DNA of 64,000 nt from Eledone cirrhosa (lineage: Eukaryota): NCBI GenBank assembly GCA_964016885.1, contig OZ024740.1, forward strand, positions 133,238,001 to 133,302,000, read 5' to 3'. Below are positions 28,356-44,241 of the stretch, in pieces; the stretch's first letter is position 1; each line of letters starts with the position of its first letter. Below the pieces are notes generated by a model. The model was given only the letters and a program-made list of their open reading frames with translations, searched no databases and was not told the DNA's origin. The position numbers and the translations under genes are program-made.

Positions 28356-31300
28356 CACTGATTCGTGCATTGCAACGCAAACCCGATTAATCACAATGTT
28401 TACCGTATATATACATATATATATAAATAAAGCTGTTAACAGTACTATTGTTTGATCGACATATGTTTCGCCAGGATAAATAATTAACATTCTCAGTAAA
28501 TCCAGCTCATCGGCATCTATAAACATTAAATTAATATTTAGACAATATTACCATCAGTTCTGCATCGTAATAGACAGTGTAAATGCCATAACATAACCAT
28601 ACATTGAGTGGAGCGTAAATATTGGATTAACTCCAGATGTGTACACACTGAGCAACTACTGTTTATTAACTCGCATTGAGCTTAAACTCCCCTTTGCTAA
28701 ACAGTTATTTTCTCAACTCGTCTTAACATATATATAAATATATGATTTCTCGAAATCAGTAAGAACACATGTTTAGCGGAATGTGCAATATGCATTTTAT
28801 ATGAGTTGACATCATAGCACCAAGGATATTCTTGAAATTAGTTTAAATCGAATCAGTTTCAGAAATATGTCCATCATACATAAATGCAATTAATATATAC
28901 AATATCAGTTGTAACTACAGAAAATATATTACTTGTATGAGAATATAAAAGAAGCGTTCGTTTTTATGACGTAAAAATGTAGTTATTAAATTAGTCTCTT
29001 GAAAAATGAAAATATATTCGTATGTCATTCATGATCTTAGAGATAAGTTGCATGGATACAGAACATTTGTTTGTTAGTATTTTGAATAATAGTATCCTCT
29101 AAAAACTCGTATGATCACTGATTATATATGTTATTGGTATTCTGTTTTGTAGTTTCACTCAGCGAACGTGGCATATCTCAATGAACAAGGAAACCATGCC
29201 CAATGACACATTGCTGATTAAGATATTTTTCTAGAAAATAATCTTTTGGATTTATGGCTATTCATTTCCGACCATGTGGAAGATACTTAATGTTCAGTAA
29301 CCAATGTAGTGAAGCATACGTTTTTGATTATTACTGCTAGAATAGGTTTCAAACTTGGATTGCTTTTTTCCTAAACCACAAATTATCGCTATGAGAGCAA
29401 AACTGTATTGAAAATTCATAATCTGATCTACCAGAACACCTTTCCTTCTAATACGCTCTACCTGTACTTACCTTTCAGAACCCCACTTGAGTCATGTGGG
29501 CGTTAGTTCCCTCTCCCACCATAAGAATTTCTGATCAAGATTTTTCCTAAAAATTATAAAATAATTTAACTTTATTATTTTTTGATTCGGCTTGAAAGTT
29601 GAATAGCAGCATTAATAGCGTTCCTCACTTAAATATGCTAAGACACGAACTTACAACATCCGTCTTCAATGATCGATAGTTGTAAACGCATTACAGTGAC
29701 ACATGTGACCGAATGAAAGGTAAATGTTTGACTGGTCAAAGCTCAATGATCTATGTTTTAAACGGAGGTTATATACTTAATAGAACCTATGTTTGCAGTA
29801 AAGATGAAGTAAATGCTCCAGTGATTTGAAATAAGAACAGTTAATTAGCGAGTTAAAAACCCTACAAAGGTCTAATTTATTACACTCTGGTTCTTTAACT
29901 CAATATCCCTTTTTGAACGGGAAGTAATTAACGTCTTCGATTATAAAAGAAATGTCATAAATACTTTACATTATCAGTATGCTAATATTCCGCTAAATAA
30001 TTTTATCAACAAGAATATAACATTGTAAATTGGAAGGAATCAAACAGGATCTATGAAGCATGTAATTTTGTTAAACCAGACATTTTCAAAGAGTTTTGAA
30101 CACAATACTTTCTTGATTAGAAATTAGTGAAAATGAGTCTTTGCTTAAATTATGATATTTGTATACTGACCAATAGTGAAGATTTAAATATTAAATTACT
30201 GGAAGAATTCCGATAAAGGCCTCATCTAATTCACTTGATAATTAATGAAGTGTCGCAAATTTCATTGATCTGAAACGATGGCGATTCATGAAGGGTATTA
30301 AACAGTGAATTGATTTCTATCATTCAGTTAAAATATGCAAGTTAGTTTTCACTTGACTAAATACCTTCTGTTTGACTTTTGTTAAAATGTTGATGATTTA
30401 ACAATAGTTCGCATTCGTTGAATATTAATATATTTGTTAATATTTCATAACGATGATACTGTTTCCGTTCCGACAAGATTTGAAAATGCACAGAGATAGT
30501 AAGACCAAATCAACATAATCGCATTTTAGAGAAGAAAGACATAATCTGCATTTATAGTGAGAATAATGAGTCATGTTAGATATTGTTCTTAGCATGGCTT
30601 CTTTTCATTGAAATTATAGGAAAACATTAAACTCTTATGTGGCTCCCTTACGCTTATAAAGAAAGGCCTAAACAGTCTTGTAAACTTGCGTATTTGTAAA
30701 CAACATTTAAAACAGCTATTATGCTGATGCAAGTAGAAGCAATAGAATGAAATAACAATAGGTGGCCGAATATATTTTCGAACTTGAGTTCAAATTTCAG
30801 TAAGATTCACTTCTCTTTAATTTTTCTGAAGAGAATAAAAGAAGCAAATCATATCTGAGTAGGTAAATAATGTTTTCTGGAAGACTATGTGAAATTTCAA
30901 GGCATCTTATTAGTAACACTGGAGTGAAAACTAGTGACTAAAATTAGAAATAAAAAGGAAAAACAATTAATGGTATTTAATGAAAGTGAAAGGCCAGCAA
31001 TTTAGAAGGAAAAAGAAAAAGGCGGCTTCAGTAATTTTATCAAATACGGAAGAATCAAAAACAAAGTTGGCATCATTAGAGTTTGAATACAGAAGGTAAT
31101 GAGCTGGAAATTATAGCGGTGGATATTTTGGTGAAATATCTAACTATATTGATAGTGTACCTCTTTTGATTAATGCAATTAATAATAGCGTCTAACATTC
31201 TCGCAAAATCACAAACATGTGGAAAGGTTTAGTACATAAAATCTACTTCATTTATATGCGATCCACCTACTGCTTGCTATACATGCACACACATTCGCAC

Positions 31301-31585
31301 ACGCATACACAACCACACATATATTATATTAACAAGTAAAATTCCAAATCGGCTGGCCTGAAATGTAACTGGCTTTCGACCGTTTATTCCGAATCAAAAT
31401 ATAAAGTAAGTGCAGTCTCGACAAGGATATATTAATTCTATCCAATGGTGACAAAATGATTTAGAATTTTGGTATATAAGGTGTGTCTCTATAAGTAGTT
31501 TCTAAAATTGAAATTTAACAAAGGCACTTTCTATAATTCTGAAGAGGTATTGGAATATAGTACGGCGAGTGAAGGTGGAGTCTGC

Positions 31586-32500
31586 TTCTTCTTCTTCTTC
31601 TTCTTCTTCTTCTTGTTTGTCCACTTATTTTTGGCGGGATAGTCTGGGCAGATTCTTCAGGCACTCCTTCCAGTGGGTATTTTCAAAACAACTGTCTTCA
31701 ATTGACCCGGCTGGACCTCTAAGCATGAGCAGCTGAAACGATGGATGTTATCCAACCATTTTGCTCGGATTCTACTCCTCGGAATCTTGCCAGCCGGTAG
31801 TTTTGCCCATAAAATCTGCCCAGGGATTTTTTCCTTAGAGATTCTAACCACATGTCCAGAATATCTGAGCTGTGATCTATCAATTCGGAGATGTAGCAGA
31901 TACACCGAGACCGACTCCCTGATATCCAAGATACGCACTTTACCGAGTAACGATACTCCACAGACCCTTCGGAGGAACCCCATTTGGGTGGCTTATGTTC
32001 ACAATAGTATTTTTTCGCTCATTGCCCAAGATTCATGACTATAAGTGAGGGTTGGCCTGATTACCGAATTGAAGATAGCGAGCTTGGCTTTAACGCATAC
32101 CTAGCTTCTTCTGATGACCAAATCCTGAGGCTGACACATTACTGCATCATTTCCCACAAATCTTGCACTTCATTCAGCCTCATCCCTTTCATATGCGTGA
32201 ACAAGACTTCAAGATATTTGAAATTCTCCACCTGCTTCAGTGTAACTCCATTCATATGTAGAGTGAACTACTCATGCTTCCTTGAAAGGACGAGTGTTTC
32301 AGTCATCACAACACTAATTTTCATTCCTGTTCTGCAGCGCTTGGTAGCATATCTAACATATGCATGTTTGAAATCACCTTCTGTCGAGTTAAGTTGTACG
32401 ATGACGTCTGCAATTTTCAGTCGACTGATCCAACACCCACCAGATGTTACAACACGCAGCCTTGTCCTCGTACAGAGAAATTGAGTAATTTATGAATCCA
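31586..32500 (-). mobile_element. Decayed RTE-clade LINE 3' fragment with (GAA)n tail
   Basis: ORF 31657-31983 MGFLRRVCGVS..KVR..DIRE...RSQLRYSGHVVR...R...W.DNI is typical of the RTE C-terminus; (CTT)n at 31585-31614 on the plus strand. Confidence 0.7.
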
Positions 32501-35500
32501 TCAAAAACTAGTAAAGATTGGGTATCTGAAGTTGAGCATGGATGTATTATCGTATAGTATTGTTTTTGTGTTCACTGCATGACTGTTCTTCATTCTCCTG
32601 TAAAACTTTCAACTAGTTATGGCTATCTCACTTCATCCTATGAATGTTCCAAGCTCCACTTGGCTTAAACACCCATTATTGATATTGCTGGAGAAGAGAC
32701 ATAATCTAACGCAACCTTCAGCTGCTACATCTAAGCTTATAAAACTAGATTCGTTTACAGTGAAAATTTGCAACGCATAAATATATTTAGTGCATCTCAT
32801 CAGAATGCATCTTGTTCCATCACTTGTAGGGAATTATACACTGAATATATAATTATATTTAATATAAAAATAAATATATTGTTAATAATATAAGCAGGTC
32901 AACAAAAACATCAAAATAAACAAAATTATAAATAAGTTCAATGATCAATACCTTTCTGATTTTTTTTATCTGTATCTATCAACAAAAATTTATACAGAAA
33001 ATTGTAAAGCTAGAAATCCTAAATTATTTCTTTTTATACATATCTTTAACTAATAATTGATATATGTATATATCATGGTTTACGTAATTGATGGAGCATT
33101 GTAGAAATACTTAAGCATTATAACTACCAAATTATATTAGAATAATTTTCTACATGGCGAACTGTCTACTTGTTGAAGATTTAAGTTTGAATGTAGAAAT
33201 ATTCAGCAATATTAATATTCGCGGCATTAAAACTTATGTTTGCTTCTTGTTTTCTTCCAGTTCTAATGTGTATTGATTTATTTGTTTCTAACATCATTGT
33301 TAAGTTCATTCAAGCAATAGAAATTTATTCGTTGGAATGGAACTAAAAAATTACAAATTAGCTGATTTCATCATTGTCGTTATTATTATTACTATTAGTA
33401 GTAGTATTCTTGTTATTATTTTTGTTCTTGGTTTTCATGTGTACCCCCCCCCCCCCCCCTCTCTCTCTCTCTCTCTGTTTGTCATCTGCGATTAAAGGAA
33501 GTTTTCATTCAGAAAGTTTATTTTTACTCCAGCTTAACTAACAGAAAGCATTTAGATTATTTGAGGATCCACCCTATTATATACAGTAGAGAAAAATTAT
33601 ATGTAAGCGCCTATATACCTTTGCAAACAACCATTTGAATGATTATCTGTGGTTAAAAGAGACTTCAGATATAGCTGGTGGTTTTGATACAACGACTAGC
33701 AAAAGTCTACTCAAAAAGCGGTGTTTCTGCTCGCAAAAAAAAAAAAATAATAATTTATGAACGTTGAATAGGTAGAGCAAAATGTGTCTAATTACATGCA
33801 CTCATGTGCGTCCTTTTTATGCTTATATTCGTTCAATTTCTTATTCCCACTTTCACACGCACTTCCGTATCACAGGGCCTGAATATTAGCTGTCTACTCG
33901 CAGAACATATGCCAAACAATAAGCATTTCTATTGTGTATCCATAAGTTTATATATTAAAATAAATATAGAAAAATATAAATTTTGCCGTAATAATTTTCT
34001 GTCATTCGTGGGATACAGGATTTATCGTATAAAATGTGTGACTTTGTGCGGATGGTTAAAGTCTAATATGTGAAATTAAACAGTAATAATTTAAAGTACC
34101 ACATAACGTCACTGCCGTTAGAATGCTATAAAGTATACATTTGTGAGACAGTGTCGAAATGCCTCTTTCGTATCAGGAAATATTTCATAACATAAACAGA
34201 GAAATATAAGGTGAAATAAAACACCCTTGATGAAAATAGTGTCAAAATGTATTTTGCTAGTGTCCATCGAACCATATAGTGTAATGAAAGAAAGATTGAT
34301 ATTTGTATATTAAAGATAATAACGGGGATATGACGTAAGAAGTTTGTAGTGCAATTTTAAATTACTTCTTGCTTCTCTTTTGATAAAGTCTGCGTAAGTA
34401 CAGGTAAAGCTAAGTATTGTGAAGATCTTATGATAACCTAGACAGTAGAATATAACTGACGATATATCAAGTGATTATATATAAAATGAAATACGAATAA
34501 CGTAAGAATTCAATTGTTGAACGAATGAAATATAATTTACTCTAATCTTGTCTAAAACACACCACGCAACTATAATCGATACAAATAATTCTGTGCTATA
34601 TGGAAATTTTAAAAGCGCTTTCTCCTGAGATTGATGCTTCTCTTTGTATAACCATATAACGAAGAATTGAAAAATTACGAATTTAACCATTTCCTCAACA
34701 ATTTACGCCCTTATAATAATGTTTTATCTGTTTTGTTTCTGTTTCCTTTCATGATTGCGTGCTTTCATTTTAAAATTTAAAACCGTCAGTTTTTTCCATA
34801 GATTATTTCTTCTCAATGTCCTTAAAGTAGTTCCTTAAAGTATTTTAAGTAGTTCTGTATCTTTTCAAGGCAATAGTTTCTCTTAGCATGAACGTTCTTT
34901 TTGTATAGAAAGAACATACCAATAAGTGCCTCCTTCATGGTCAATCCAATGAGAATAAACCAGATTTAAATCTAATTTAATAACATTCTAGTACTTTACA
35001 TAAAATGGATTATAATGGAAATGTGCTTGGCTTTTATATCATAAACTCGCATTTGTATTCAGTGAACGGCAAGGGAACTAAAAGAAAACTTTCTTTTTTT
35101 TACAAACTTTACAACAGATGTTAATAACTATATAATCGTATACATTCAATTTTAAATATCAACTTATTTTTTCTTCTTGGTATGTTTATATTTATCTATT
35201 CAATTTCTAAGTTACGTTTTAATGGGAATATATTTTGACAATCACATTATCTATTCATATTATGTTTACTTACAAATACATCTAAAGAATTGCAAAACAT
35301 CACCATCAAAAGTTTAAAACTGAATATAAAGTTATAAATTTGGAGTATTGTTTATCCAGATAAAACTGGATGAAACGAGTCAAGGATTTCGAACATTTTC
35401 TTCGAGGATGATTAAATCGGCATGTCCGCAACTTTGTACTCACAGTCGCATTATTTTTATTTTCTGGTTTATGTGAAGAGAAAAACAAAAAAAAACTACA

Positions 35501-35689
35501 TTACATGCATCTAGCTAATGTACCCCTCTAATCTACAAACCCTTTATACTGAATAAGCAAAATCCCGCCAAGCGCATATGTTGTTTTCAGAGACGGTCAC
35601 GCTTGGCGATAACGCTTCCTAGAAAATAAAATTGATCAGGATGACATTGCTTATTCGTTATCCTATACCCAGAGCATAAGACAACATAC

Positions 35690-35864
35690 TTTGCAGCATA
35701 GAGTTACGGTCGTGTACGTTTTGAGTTAAAATGCCGCCGAGGTTAGATTTGCCTTTCATCATTACGGGGTCGATAGAATAAAGTGTCAGTAATACACTAG
35801 CGTCGATATAATTGAATGTTTCCTCCCCTGAAAATTTACTGGCCTTGTGCTTAAAGTAGAAATC
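35690..35864 (+). mobile_element. Older, diverged SINE copy with an extra internal segment
   Basis: GCCGAGGTTAGATTTGCCTTTCATCATTACGGGGTCGATAGAATAAAG...GGCCTTGTGCTTAAAGTAGAAA. Confidence 0.75.
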
Positions 35865-36699
35865 ATCTTCTACACATATGTTCTAATCTAGGGTAATATT
35901 TAGACGAATGGGGACAGTCAATAATGAACTGTGTTTCTTTCTGGAATGATACATATGTTGGTGGTGGTTGTCAGCCCTGAGAACCTCTATATTCTTTTAC
36001 TTAAAAAAATATGACGTGAAACAAAAATCACACTTTGGAAATTCAACCATATAAAACAATTACAGTGCGTACAAACTGCAGGTTTAACATTAATAACAGT
36101 TTCTGGCGTGAAATTGAATTAACAATACGCTAATTATTAAAATATAATATCAATGATATTCACACACACATATATGTATAGACACACGCTATTATATATA
36201 GTGTGCATATTGATATAAGCAAATATATATGCACATAGATATGATACGTAAATTGACAATATGCACATAAACTGAACAAAGACTGTGTTACACTTTCTTC
36301 TGTAATCAGTAAAGCAATCCATGATACCTTTTATAAAAAGGCGATAATGGAGATGGAAAAGCGACGAAACTGTTGACGGAAAATGTTCATGAATCATCAT
36401 TTGAGAATGTCGATGGGAAGCTTCAAGCTGTGAATTTGAAAATAGATGCTACTGGTATGAATTACATTTATCAATATGAAGAGTTGACCTTCGCTATATT
36501 GTTGTTTTACTGTATTAATATATAGACTTCTTAAGGTTTTGTAGTGCATTTCAACTAAAAGAGAGTGATAGCTGTTTCACATCACTGTAGAATTTCTTTG
36601 TAGACACAGTTGTCAGCAAACAGACCCCATTCATTTAATATTTTAATATTTTCCTTTTTATGTAACACATGATAATGCAACATACATCTGACCATGTGA

Positions 36700-39600
36700 G
36701 AAAAATTGTGTTGCTAGATATGCACCTATCTTTTCAAATATCTGCCCTTGTTGCATGTAAGGGCAAAGGCTGGCTTGACAGGAAATTGCTTGCGAGTAAA
36801 AGTGAAAGGGATCTCAAGCTATTTAGATACATGTGGTATACTTGGGATTAGCAATCTTGTTCCAGCATTGGGACCCAATACCACTTCAGCTTCAATTACA
36901 TGATTATGTAAACTCATGGTGATGTAGCGTCTACCATTGCAATGCCCGTATAGAGGATCCAGATTTCTCAGAAGCATGATACAACTGCCTTTCTTTAGTT
37001 TACGTATGTGTGTTGGGAAGCCTGATGGGGTAAGTTTGTTGATTAACTCAATTGGATATTGCAGTTCATTATCAGAGCTTCTGTAGATTATGTCATGACA
37101 AGGGAACTTGTTGACCAATCTTGCTGCATCATTTGTTGGAGTTATAATGGCTCTATTTGCAAGCCATAGAGGGTTTGTGTAGTTTCCTGGAAGATTTGTA
37201 TACACAAAATCACACAGTCCAGATACATTACCATATTCAGGACAAAGTTCATTTGGCAGAAGAATTGTGAATGCACCTACAGTTGAAATGTTACCATATC
37301 CCACATCAAGAATGTAGTTTGCAAACTGTCTTTCATCAGAATCCTCTTTACTAATTAACCGTTGATTGGTTGTCATCTCCATGGTTCCCCCATAGTCCCA
37401 GAGATAGGATCTCTTGATGGTGGCCTCAACTATTTGAGGTCTAGCACCATGACGTACAACTGGAAGAATTTTCTTCCAGCCATCAGATAGTAATACAGTT
37501 AGACCACCAAATGGCTTTTTGTAATCTCGAACATCTTTCAAGCTCCTGTCAAGGCATTCAAAGATATGCGTATGTCCTAAACATATCTCATCAATGATTA
37601 GCTGGTCAGCTTGCTCCATAAGTTTACCTGTGTCATCCCTCTTTGTGAAGAAGCAAGTTGATTCAGCAGTCACATTGAGAAGAATCTCGCACTTGGAATG
37701 AAGAGTTCTACCTTTGTGAAGCAAAGTGGCTGCTATTCCAGATGTGGCAGTGGCAAGTGCAATTTGTTTTTAGATAGGCGATAACCCAATAGGATGTTTC
37801 TGACATAGGTCTTTCCTGCACCCGCACTTGCATTCAAGCAAAACATTATTCTTTCATTTTCATTTACAGAGGTGATTACTTTGTGAAAAATAACCAGCTG
37901 CTCAGGATTCAATGTTGGCAGAAGTTCATTTATGTTTGCTTGCAGTTGGTGTGTATTAAAATCAGTTCTCCAGGTAAATGGCATGTCAACTCTTCAACTG
38001 GCGGTTTTCGATGATGTAATGGAAATTTATAGATACTCCAGAACGCTTCACTGGCTGAGATGAACTGTGCAATGATATAGGTCCCAATCCCATTTTGAAC
38101 ATGGACACAATTTCCTTGGACATACTTAATAGTGGAAGTGATCTTGTCTGATCCTTTGTGGTGTACTTATATAAGTACTTAACAGCCTTGACACTATGGA
38201 CAACCTCTCAATTGATATGGCACTGATATCGCAATGAGAGGAATGGGTTGTATGGAACAATCCAACGATTATCAACAATTATGACCTTTAAGTTGGATTG
38301 TATGGGTGTGACCACCATGCTGTCTATCCATTCTTCTATACTCCGGAAAGGAATTATCGGCAAAAAATGTGGTTTGTCTGAATACCTTGGGATAACTTTT
38401 TGAGCAATTGCGCTGTTGTCCTAGCGCTTCGATACATGAGCACATCATATTAGCTTGTCCACATGGGCCATGAATTTTGCAGGATGTTATGATCTTATGC
38501 AGAATTGGATTGGTCTCTTTATCAGGAATCTCACAGTACACTACCTGATCAATGGCATCAGCAGTTTGGGGCTTGCTATCTTCAGCCATTTACAGCATAT
38601 TGCTGCATCAGCCGCCTGCTCTTCATGATAATGTTACAGTCACCTTGCCTAACCTGAAACTGATAACAGTAGAAATCAGTGGGTGTGAGTGTGTGGTTGT
38701 TGTCAATCTTTTTCAAACCAACCTGAAACCCATCATTCCCCCAAGGAAACAGTAGCACATAATGCAGAGGATCATAAGAACGGTGCAACTGATGAATCCT
38801 CTGAAGACCTCCATCTCTTTTATGAATGATGACACCCAAAAGACATAATGTTGTATCTGGTTGAATAACAGCAATCTTAGATGCCATGGGAAGATTATAT
38901 GTGCGACAATGAAAATCAGCGGGTTTTACTTTGTCAGCATGTAGGACAATATTCACATTTTCAGAGACTGGCATTTCAATGACTGCCTTGAAGCTTCTTA
39001 CATAGGTGTTACAGTAGTGCAAGTCTTCTTGCAGGTCCTGCAGGATATCAGCATCTAAATTAGCATGATGCAAGCGATTCTGAAGCTCATGATCTGTATC
39101 ATAGAAGTAAAGCTGCGCAAACTCGGGTTAATCATCACTTTGAAGTAGTGATCGAATAACATGACAAATCTTACCTTGGATCTGAAATGTGGGACTAAAT
39201 CCTGATGCTTTAATCTCTTTGCAACCAATTGAAGCTCAGGCAAGCACATTGTTATATGCACTTATCTTATGGAGAATATAATTTCCTGCTTCAGTGATAT
39301 CGAAATATTTCAGTGGATGAGAAGGAAGTTGAGGGAGTTTCACTTTTCCCTGGAAGCAGCACAGAGATTTGTGTTCATGTGGCCAGTGATAAGCTTTGCA
39401 GTGCAGACAAACAGAGGCAAAGAGACTCCCTGCATAATGTTGTAGTACCTGCAAAACGCTCATTATATCTATCTGTATCTCTCTCTTCATATGCTCACAC
39501 ACAATCTCTCTCTCGCCCTCTCTCTCTCTGTTACAGTCACTGTATCTGTATGAAAGAGAGAGTAGTATGAGTTAGTAATAACAACAGGGGTAGCAGTAAA

Positions 39601-39806
39601 TTGCGTATGAAAACAATATATATATATGTGTGTGTCACAGTCATTCCTCTCTTTATATACTCATACATACAATCTCTCTTTCTCGCTCTAGCAATTTTAT
39701 GAAATCAAAGAACAACAACATACACACACGCACACACATCACCGTGAAAAAGATCCAAATCACTTCATCTTTCTTTTTCACTCTCTCTCTCTATATATAG
39801 TATAGA
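36700..39806 (-). mobile_element. Degenerate Helitron (RepHel: Rep + PIF1-like helicase)
   Basis: CLHCKA..W......CC.QGKV, SYDPLHYVLLFP.G.DG, IHGPCG...C..C.K.YPK..YRR, ASAGAGKT, LIIDE, PFGGLTVLL, MLLRNL....GHCNG.RY; candidate 5' end A|TCTATACTA at 39806; 3' end not resolved. Confidence 0.88.
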
Positions 39807-40239
39807 TATACCAGAAGTATTGAAATTTGAATCTTTTAAAAAAAGTGAATCTTGAACTATGCAATAATATGTTTAATATATGTTTAAACATGTATTACGA
39901 AATTTAGTTGATAAATTATGAAATATACATTAATTATTTATTCAAAGTAATTCAACTTATTTTACAAACGGGATTAATAATTATATTCTGGACGCAGTCC
40001 CGCGCTCCTTAATTTATTATAGTTTAGAATCATCCATTCCAAGAAATACGCCACTATTTTATGAACGTATCCGAGGAAACATACAAAGTGATTATAAAAA
40101 CTGTCTCAGCTTTAATTTTCGTCTACATTGATTTATCGATAAAAAGTGATGTACCTTCGAATATATTTAGTTAAAAACCATTAAATGTGACAGATTTAAA
40201 ATTCATAATTTGCTGATGTTTCTTGCTAGAGTTAGAGCA

Positions 40240-40950
40240 ACCTCCATTTGAATCCATGCATTTTTTCGGCGAGAGGTGTATTTTACAACGCCTTTTCAAA
40301 AAAACCTAGAGATGGCACTGATCTTTTCCCTGATGTCTTCCCTGAGTTCAGTGACAATTATGTGTTTGTTGATATACACTCACTACTTCAGATAGCCCAA
40401 AAAAAGAAATCTGGAGGGCTTAAATTAGGGTTGTGTGAGGCCCACTCAAAATCAATCTTTAAACTGATCGCATTATTCCCAAAGTTATTTTTCAGCCATT
40501 CTAGAGACTCCTTGGAAGTGTGAGGTCTTGCCCTATTTTTGTGAAAGCCGACCTTATTTATTAGAGATGGGCACATGAACTATAGGTCTGTTTTAATGTC
40601 TTTGTTGACCTCCAAATAGGGCTTAATTGTCACTAGCTGTGTCATAATCTTATCGAAGAAGTATAGACGAATTAATCCTCTCTCTGGTACATTTATCGCA
40701 GTGGAAAGGTTTCGCAGTTACATTGTTCTTAGATTTAATCTTAACCTCTCAGTCAAAGTGGGTTTCGTCAGATATTCATCACAGGTTCCGAAAATGTTGG
40801 ATGTGTTCCATCTTCTGCAGCATTTTCTCAGGTATGCCATTTCTTATGGCCTCATCAGCTACAGAAAACTTTCTTTTAGCATGTATTCTGTAGGGTTCCT
40901 TCTGCTGAAGACGCCCATTGATTCTGGAAGACTTCTAAAATAAATGTTAG
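40240..40950 (-). mobile_element. Tc1/mariner transposase remnant
   Basis: ORF 40388-40576 ARPHTS....WL...F....IS.....WASHNPNLSPPDFFFWA matches the decayed WPPxSPDLxPxDFFLWG motif; boundaries approximate. Confidence 0.7.
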
Positions 40951-41410
40951 CAGTGATGTATGATATATGTCAGACTCTTAACCAAATTATATGTCAGACT
41001 CTTGACCAAATTATATGTAAGATATAACGTGCTCCAAGACTCGGAAAAACAATCTATCGGGTGCTGTATGTCATTAGAGAGAGAGAGAGTTGGGAGAGAG
41101 AATCAGATGATCGTAAATTATATATATATGCAAACACGATGTAAACAAATTTTCTCTGGTAGCAAACAGTCGACGGTTCCTGTACACATGTTACGTGTTC
41201 ACAAAGGCCATATGAAACACCATAGAGAAATGCAATGCAAACAGAGTAGATATTTATATCTCTAATTGTTTTACCATATTGCTACGAAATTTTAGACAAC
41301 AGCTAAAATAAACCAACGTAAGGATAGTTTACCCCCGTAAACAAAATTTCACTATCAATTTTTTTTAATTCCCGTACATATTTAAATGTATGTATGTATA
41401 TATATATATG

Positions 41411-41459
<49 letters not shown>

Positions 41460-41540
41460 GTATATATATGTTCGTTTGTGTGCGTGTGCGTGTGTGTGTA
41501 AACACCGTTGGAATCGGAGACATAGGCCGCGAAACACGAT

Positions 41541-41579
<39 letters not shown>

Positions 41580-41903
41580 TATTTCCTATCTCCAAAGAAA
41601 TACGGTTTTAGGAAGCCGTAGCTATGCAAACACCGTGTATGCGCATGTGTGTATGTGTTTCTCTATGTGATATCTGCACATACCCTAGATGGGGAACTAT
41701 ATTACTGGCAGCTACATATATACAGCTTATAAACAAATATAACCTCCTAATGCATTCAACAGCCGTCAAACCCCAAGAAAATTTATTTGCATTGAGAGTT
41801 GCATATTCCTTAGATGAGATTAAAGTAAACGTATATATATATATATATATATTATATTATATTTATTGTATTATATATTATATTATATATATTTGTTTAA
41901 GGC

Positions 41904-41939
<36 letters not shown>

Positions 41940-42150
41940 GCCTTAAACAAATATATATTGCCATTGCTCTGTACTATTTGCTTTGTTGCTTTCCGTTTGC
42001 TTCTCGCATATATACACACGCACACACGCGCACACGAACACGCATAAAAAATCGTTATCATAAAGAATCGTTTAACATGCTATATTCTCAAACTCTTTCA
42101 ACCGCCTGATGATTACAGCCACACAGTTTGGACATAAATAAATAATATAA

Positions 42151-42336
42151 TTGTTTTTACATTTGGCACAAGGCCAGCAATTACACAGTACATTACTGGT
42201 ACTTTATTTTATCGACCCCGTAAAGATGAAAGGCAAAGTTAACCTCGGCGGGATTTGAACTCAGATCGTAAAGGGACGTAACTATGCTGGAAAGCATGGC
42301 GTCCGACTCTCTACCTATACTGCTAATCCACCGCCC
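42151..42336 (-). mobile_element. tRNA-derived SINE with TSD
   Basis: Same family as 3626-3812; TAAATAAATAATATAA on both sides. Confidence 0.88.
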
Positions 42337-43922
42337 TAAATAAATAATATAATAATATAATATATTTGCTCTCACACTAGATTTTTTACTGCTTTCCTTT
42401 TTCCTTTTTCACATACAGGTTTTGTTTTTTACTATATACACATATATACACACGTACACAAACACACACACAGACACACACACATGAAACAAAGGCCCTC
42501 TGTAGAGCTGGACATTCCTAAATCCAAATATAACATTAAAATTGAAGCATACATTAGAGATATTGATATTAATAAAATACTTCTCAAATCAACAATAAAG
42601 CATTTTCATATATACTATTTAATAATGCTCAGTAATGTGTTTAACTTAAGCTATGTACTTGATTTGCTTTTTATAATCATTTAATTGTATTATATATTAT
42701 ATTATATTTATTGTATTATAGCACAGAATTTAGTGCAATTTGATATTATATTAACATTACTGGGCATTCTTAAAGAGTATATAGTTGAAAATGTTTATTG
42801 TTGACTTGAGAATTATGTTATTAATATTATCGTCGTTTATATATGCTTCGATATTAATGATAAATTCGGACGGTCAATGATCTTTCAATATAATGTTCTA
42901 GCAAGAGCAACAATTACAAATTGACTGCATTTCAACAAATATAACTAATTTCATCACTGGTACGCTATCATTCTCAAATTGAAACCTAACCGCTATGATA
43001 CCAAATATATCACTGCTTCTATCTAAACTACCCAATAGACTCCCACACACTACTCATTGACCCCTCAAAACCGGACGCTATGGTATTTTAAGTGAGCCAG
43101 TTGGTCAGAGGTTTGGTGATTTTTAGCCTTATATCTCTGGTAGTACGTTTCTTCTCTGATATCAGAAATACTTAAGAAGATGAATAATTAATATTCTTAA
43201 GCATAACCCTCCACATCTCATACACCACAAATACGCCACATCTAAAGTGCTCCAAATATACAGGATTAGTTTTGCCGTAGTAATTTCAATAAAAGAAAAA
43301 TTGAAGCCAGAAGCGGATTGAAATTGTCACCTTCTCTGAAAACTGGGCGACAATATTTACCCGGCTTCGGAACTCATATAAAGTACCTATCTGCACTGTG
43401 ACGGTTGAATCCGCACAGTTTTCATAACCTACTCCACTTTAAGCAGCAGTCGATCATACGCCTAAATAATGTACATCAATGTTTTTCAAATTCTCATTTC
43501 CACCACAACCCAATTATAATGGTGCAGCGAACTAAATGACTCTCGTCTTATCTACCCTCAGCACACATGTCGTCCCATCCTGAATACATACATGTGAAAT
43601 TTGAAAGTAACCCTCGTCGCTTTATATGACCGGCTGTCACAATTTCCTTTCCATCAACCCTAAAAAATAACTAGCCGCTATATTCACTAATCTTTACAAA
43701 CCTTTCTCTCTAGATCTTATATTGGGAAACACGCTACAGTGGGCTCCATTCACACGAATGGAAATCTCTCTGATATTGCTACCTATCGTTCAAATGCATT
43801 AATTTCTAGCACCACAGATGTAATGTAGGCCGCTATTAACAACGACGTTACTCAATAACTTGAATCTCTCTCATATTTCTATTTCCCACGAAATCTTTTC
43901 CTCTCACAATGTATGTAAGTTA

Positions 43923-43990
<68 letters not shown>

Positions 43991-44027
43991 GTGTTAAAGT
44001 TTGCTTGAAGCATTGTGAAATGTGTAA

Positions 44028-44241
44028 AAATACGTGTTTAAGAAAGCCACAACAATGCAAAGGGAAATCTCGAGGTAGGAAGTGATTAAAGGGATTAAAT
44101 CTCTACTACGGTAACCCTTCTACCTTTGTTTTGTTTTCATCTTTGTCTCTCTCAATTTTCACTTTCACCTGTTTTTCCTATCTATATTTCACTTCCTACC
44201 TCGAGATTTCCCTTTGCATTGTTGTGGCTTTCTTAAACACG

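Noticed and set aside
28400-35500. Possible host exons in the long AT-rich stretch (also 49500-53000)
   Set aside because: Only short low-information ORFs without domain motifs; small exons cannot be excluded without transcript data
35505-35530. CTAG as the Helitron 3' terminus
   Set aside because: No clear subterminal hairpin, and the following base on the element strand is not T
40962-41022. 24-bp tandem duplication (and a ~24-bp one at about 59763-59806)
   Set aside because: Ordinary local slippage duplications with no further structure
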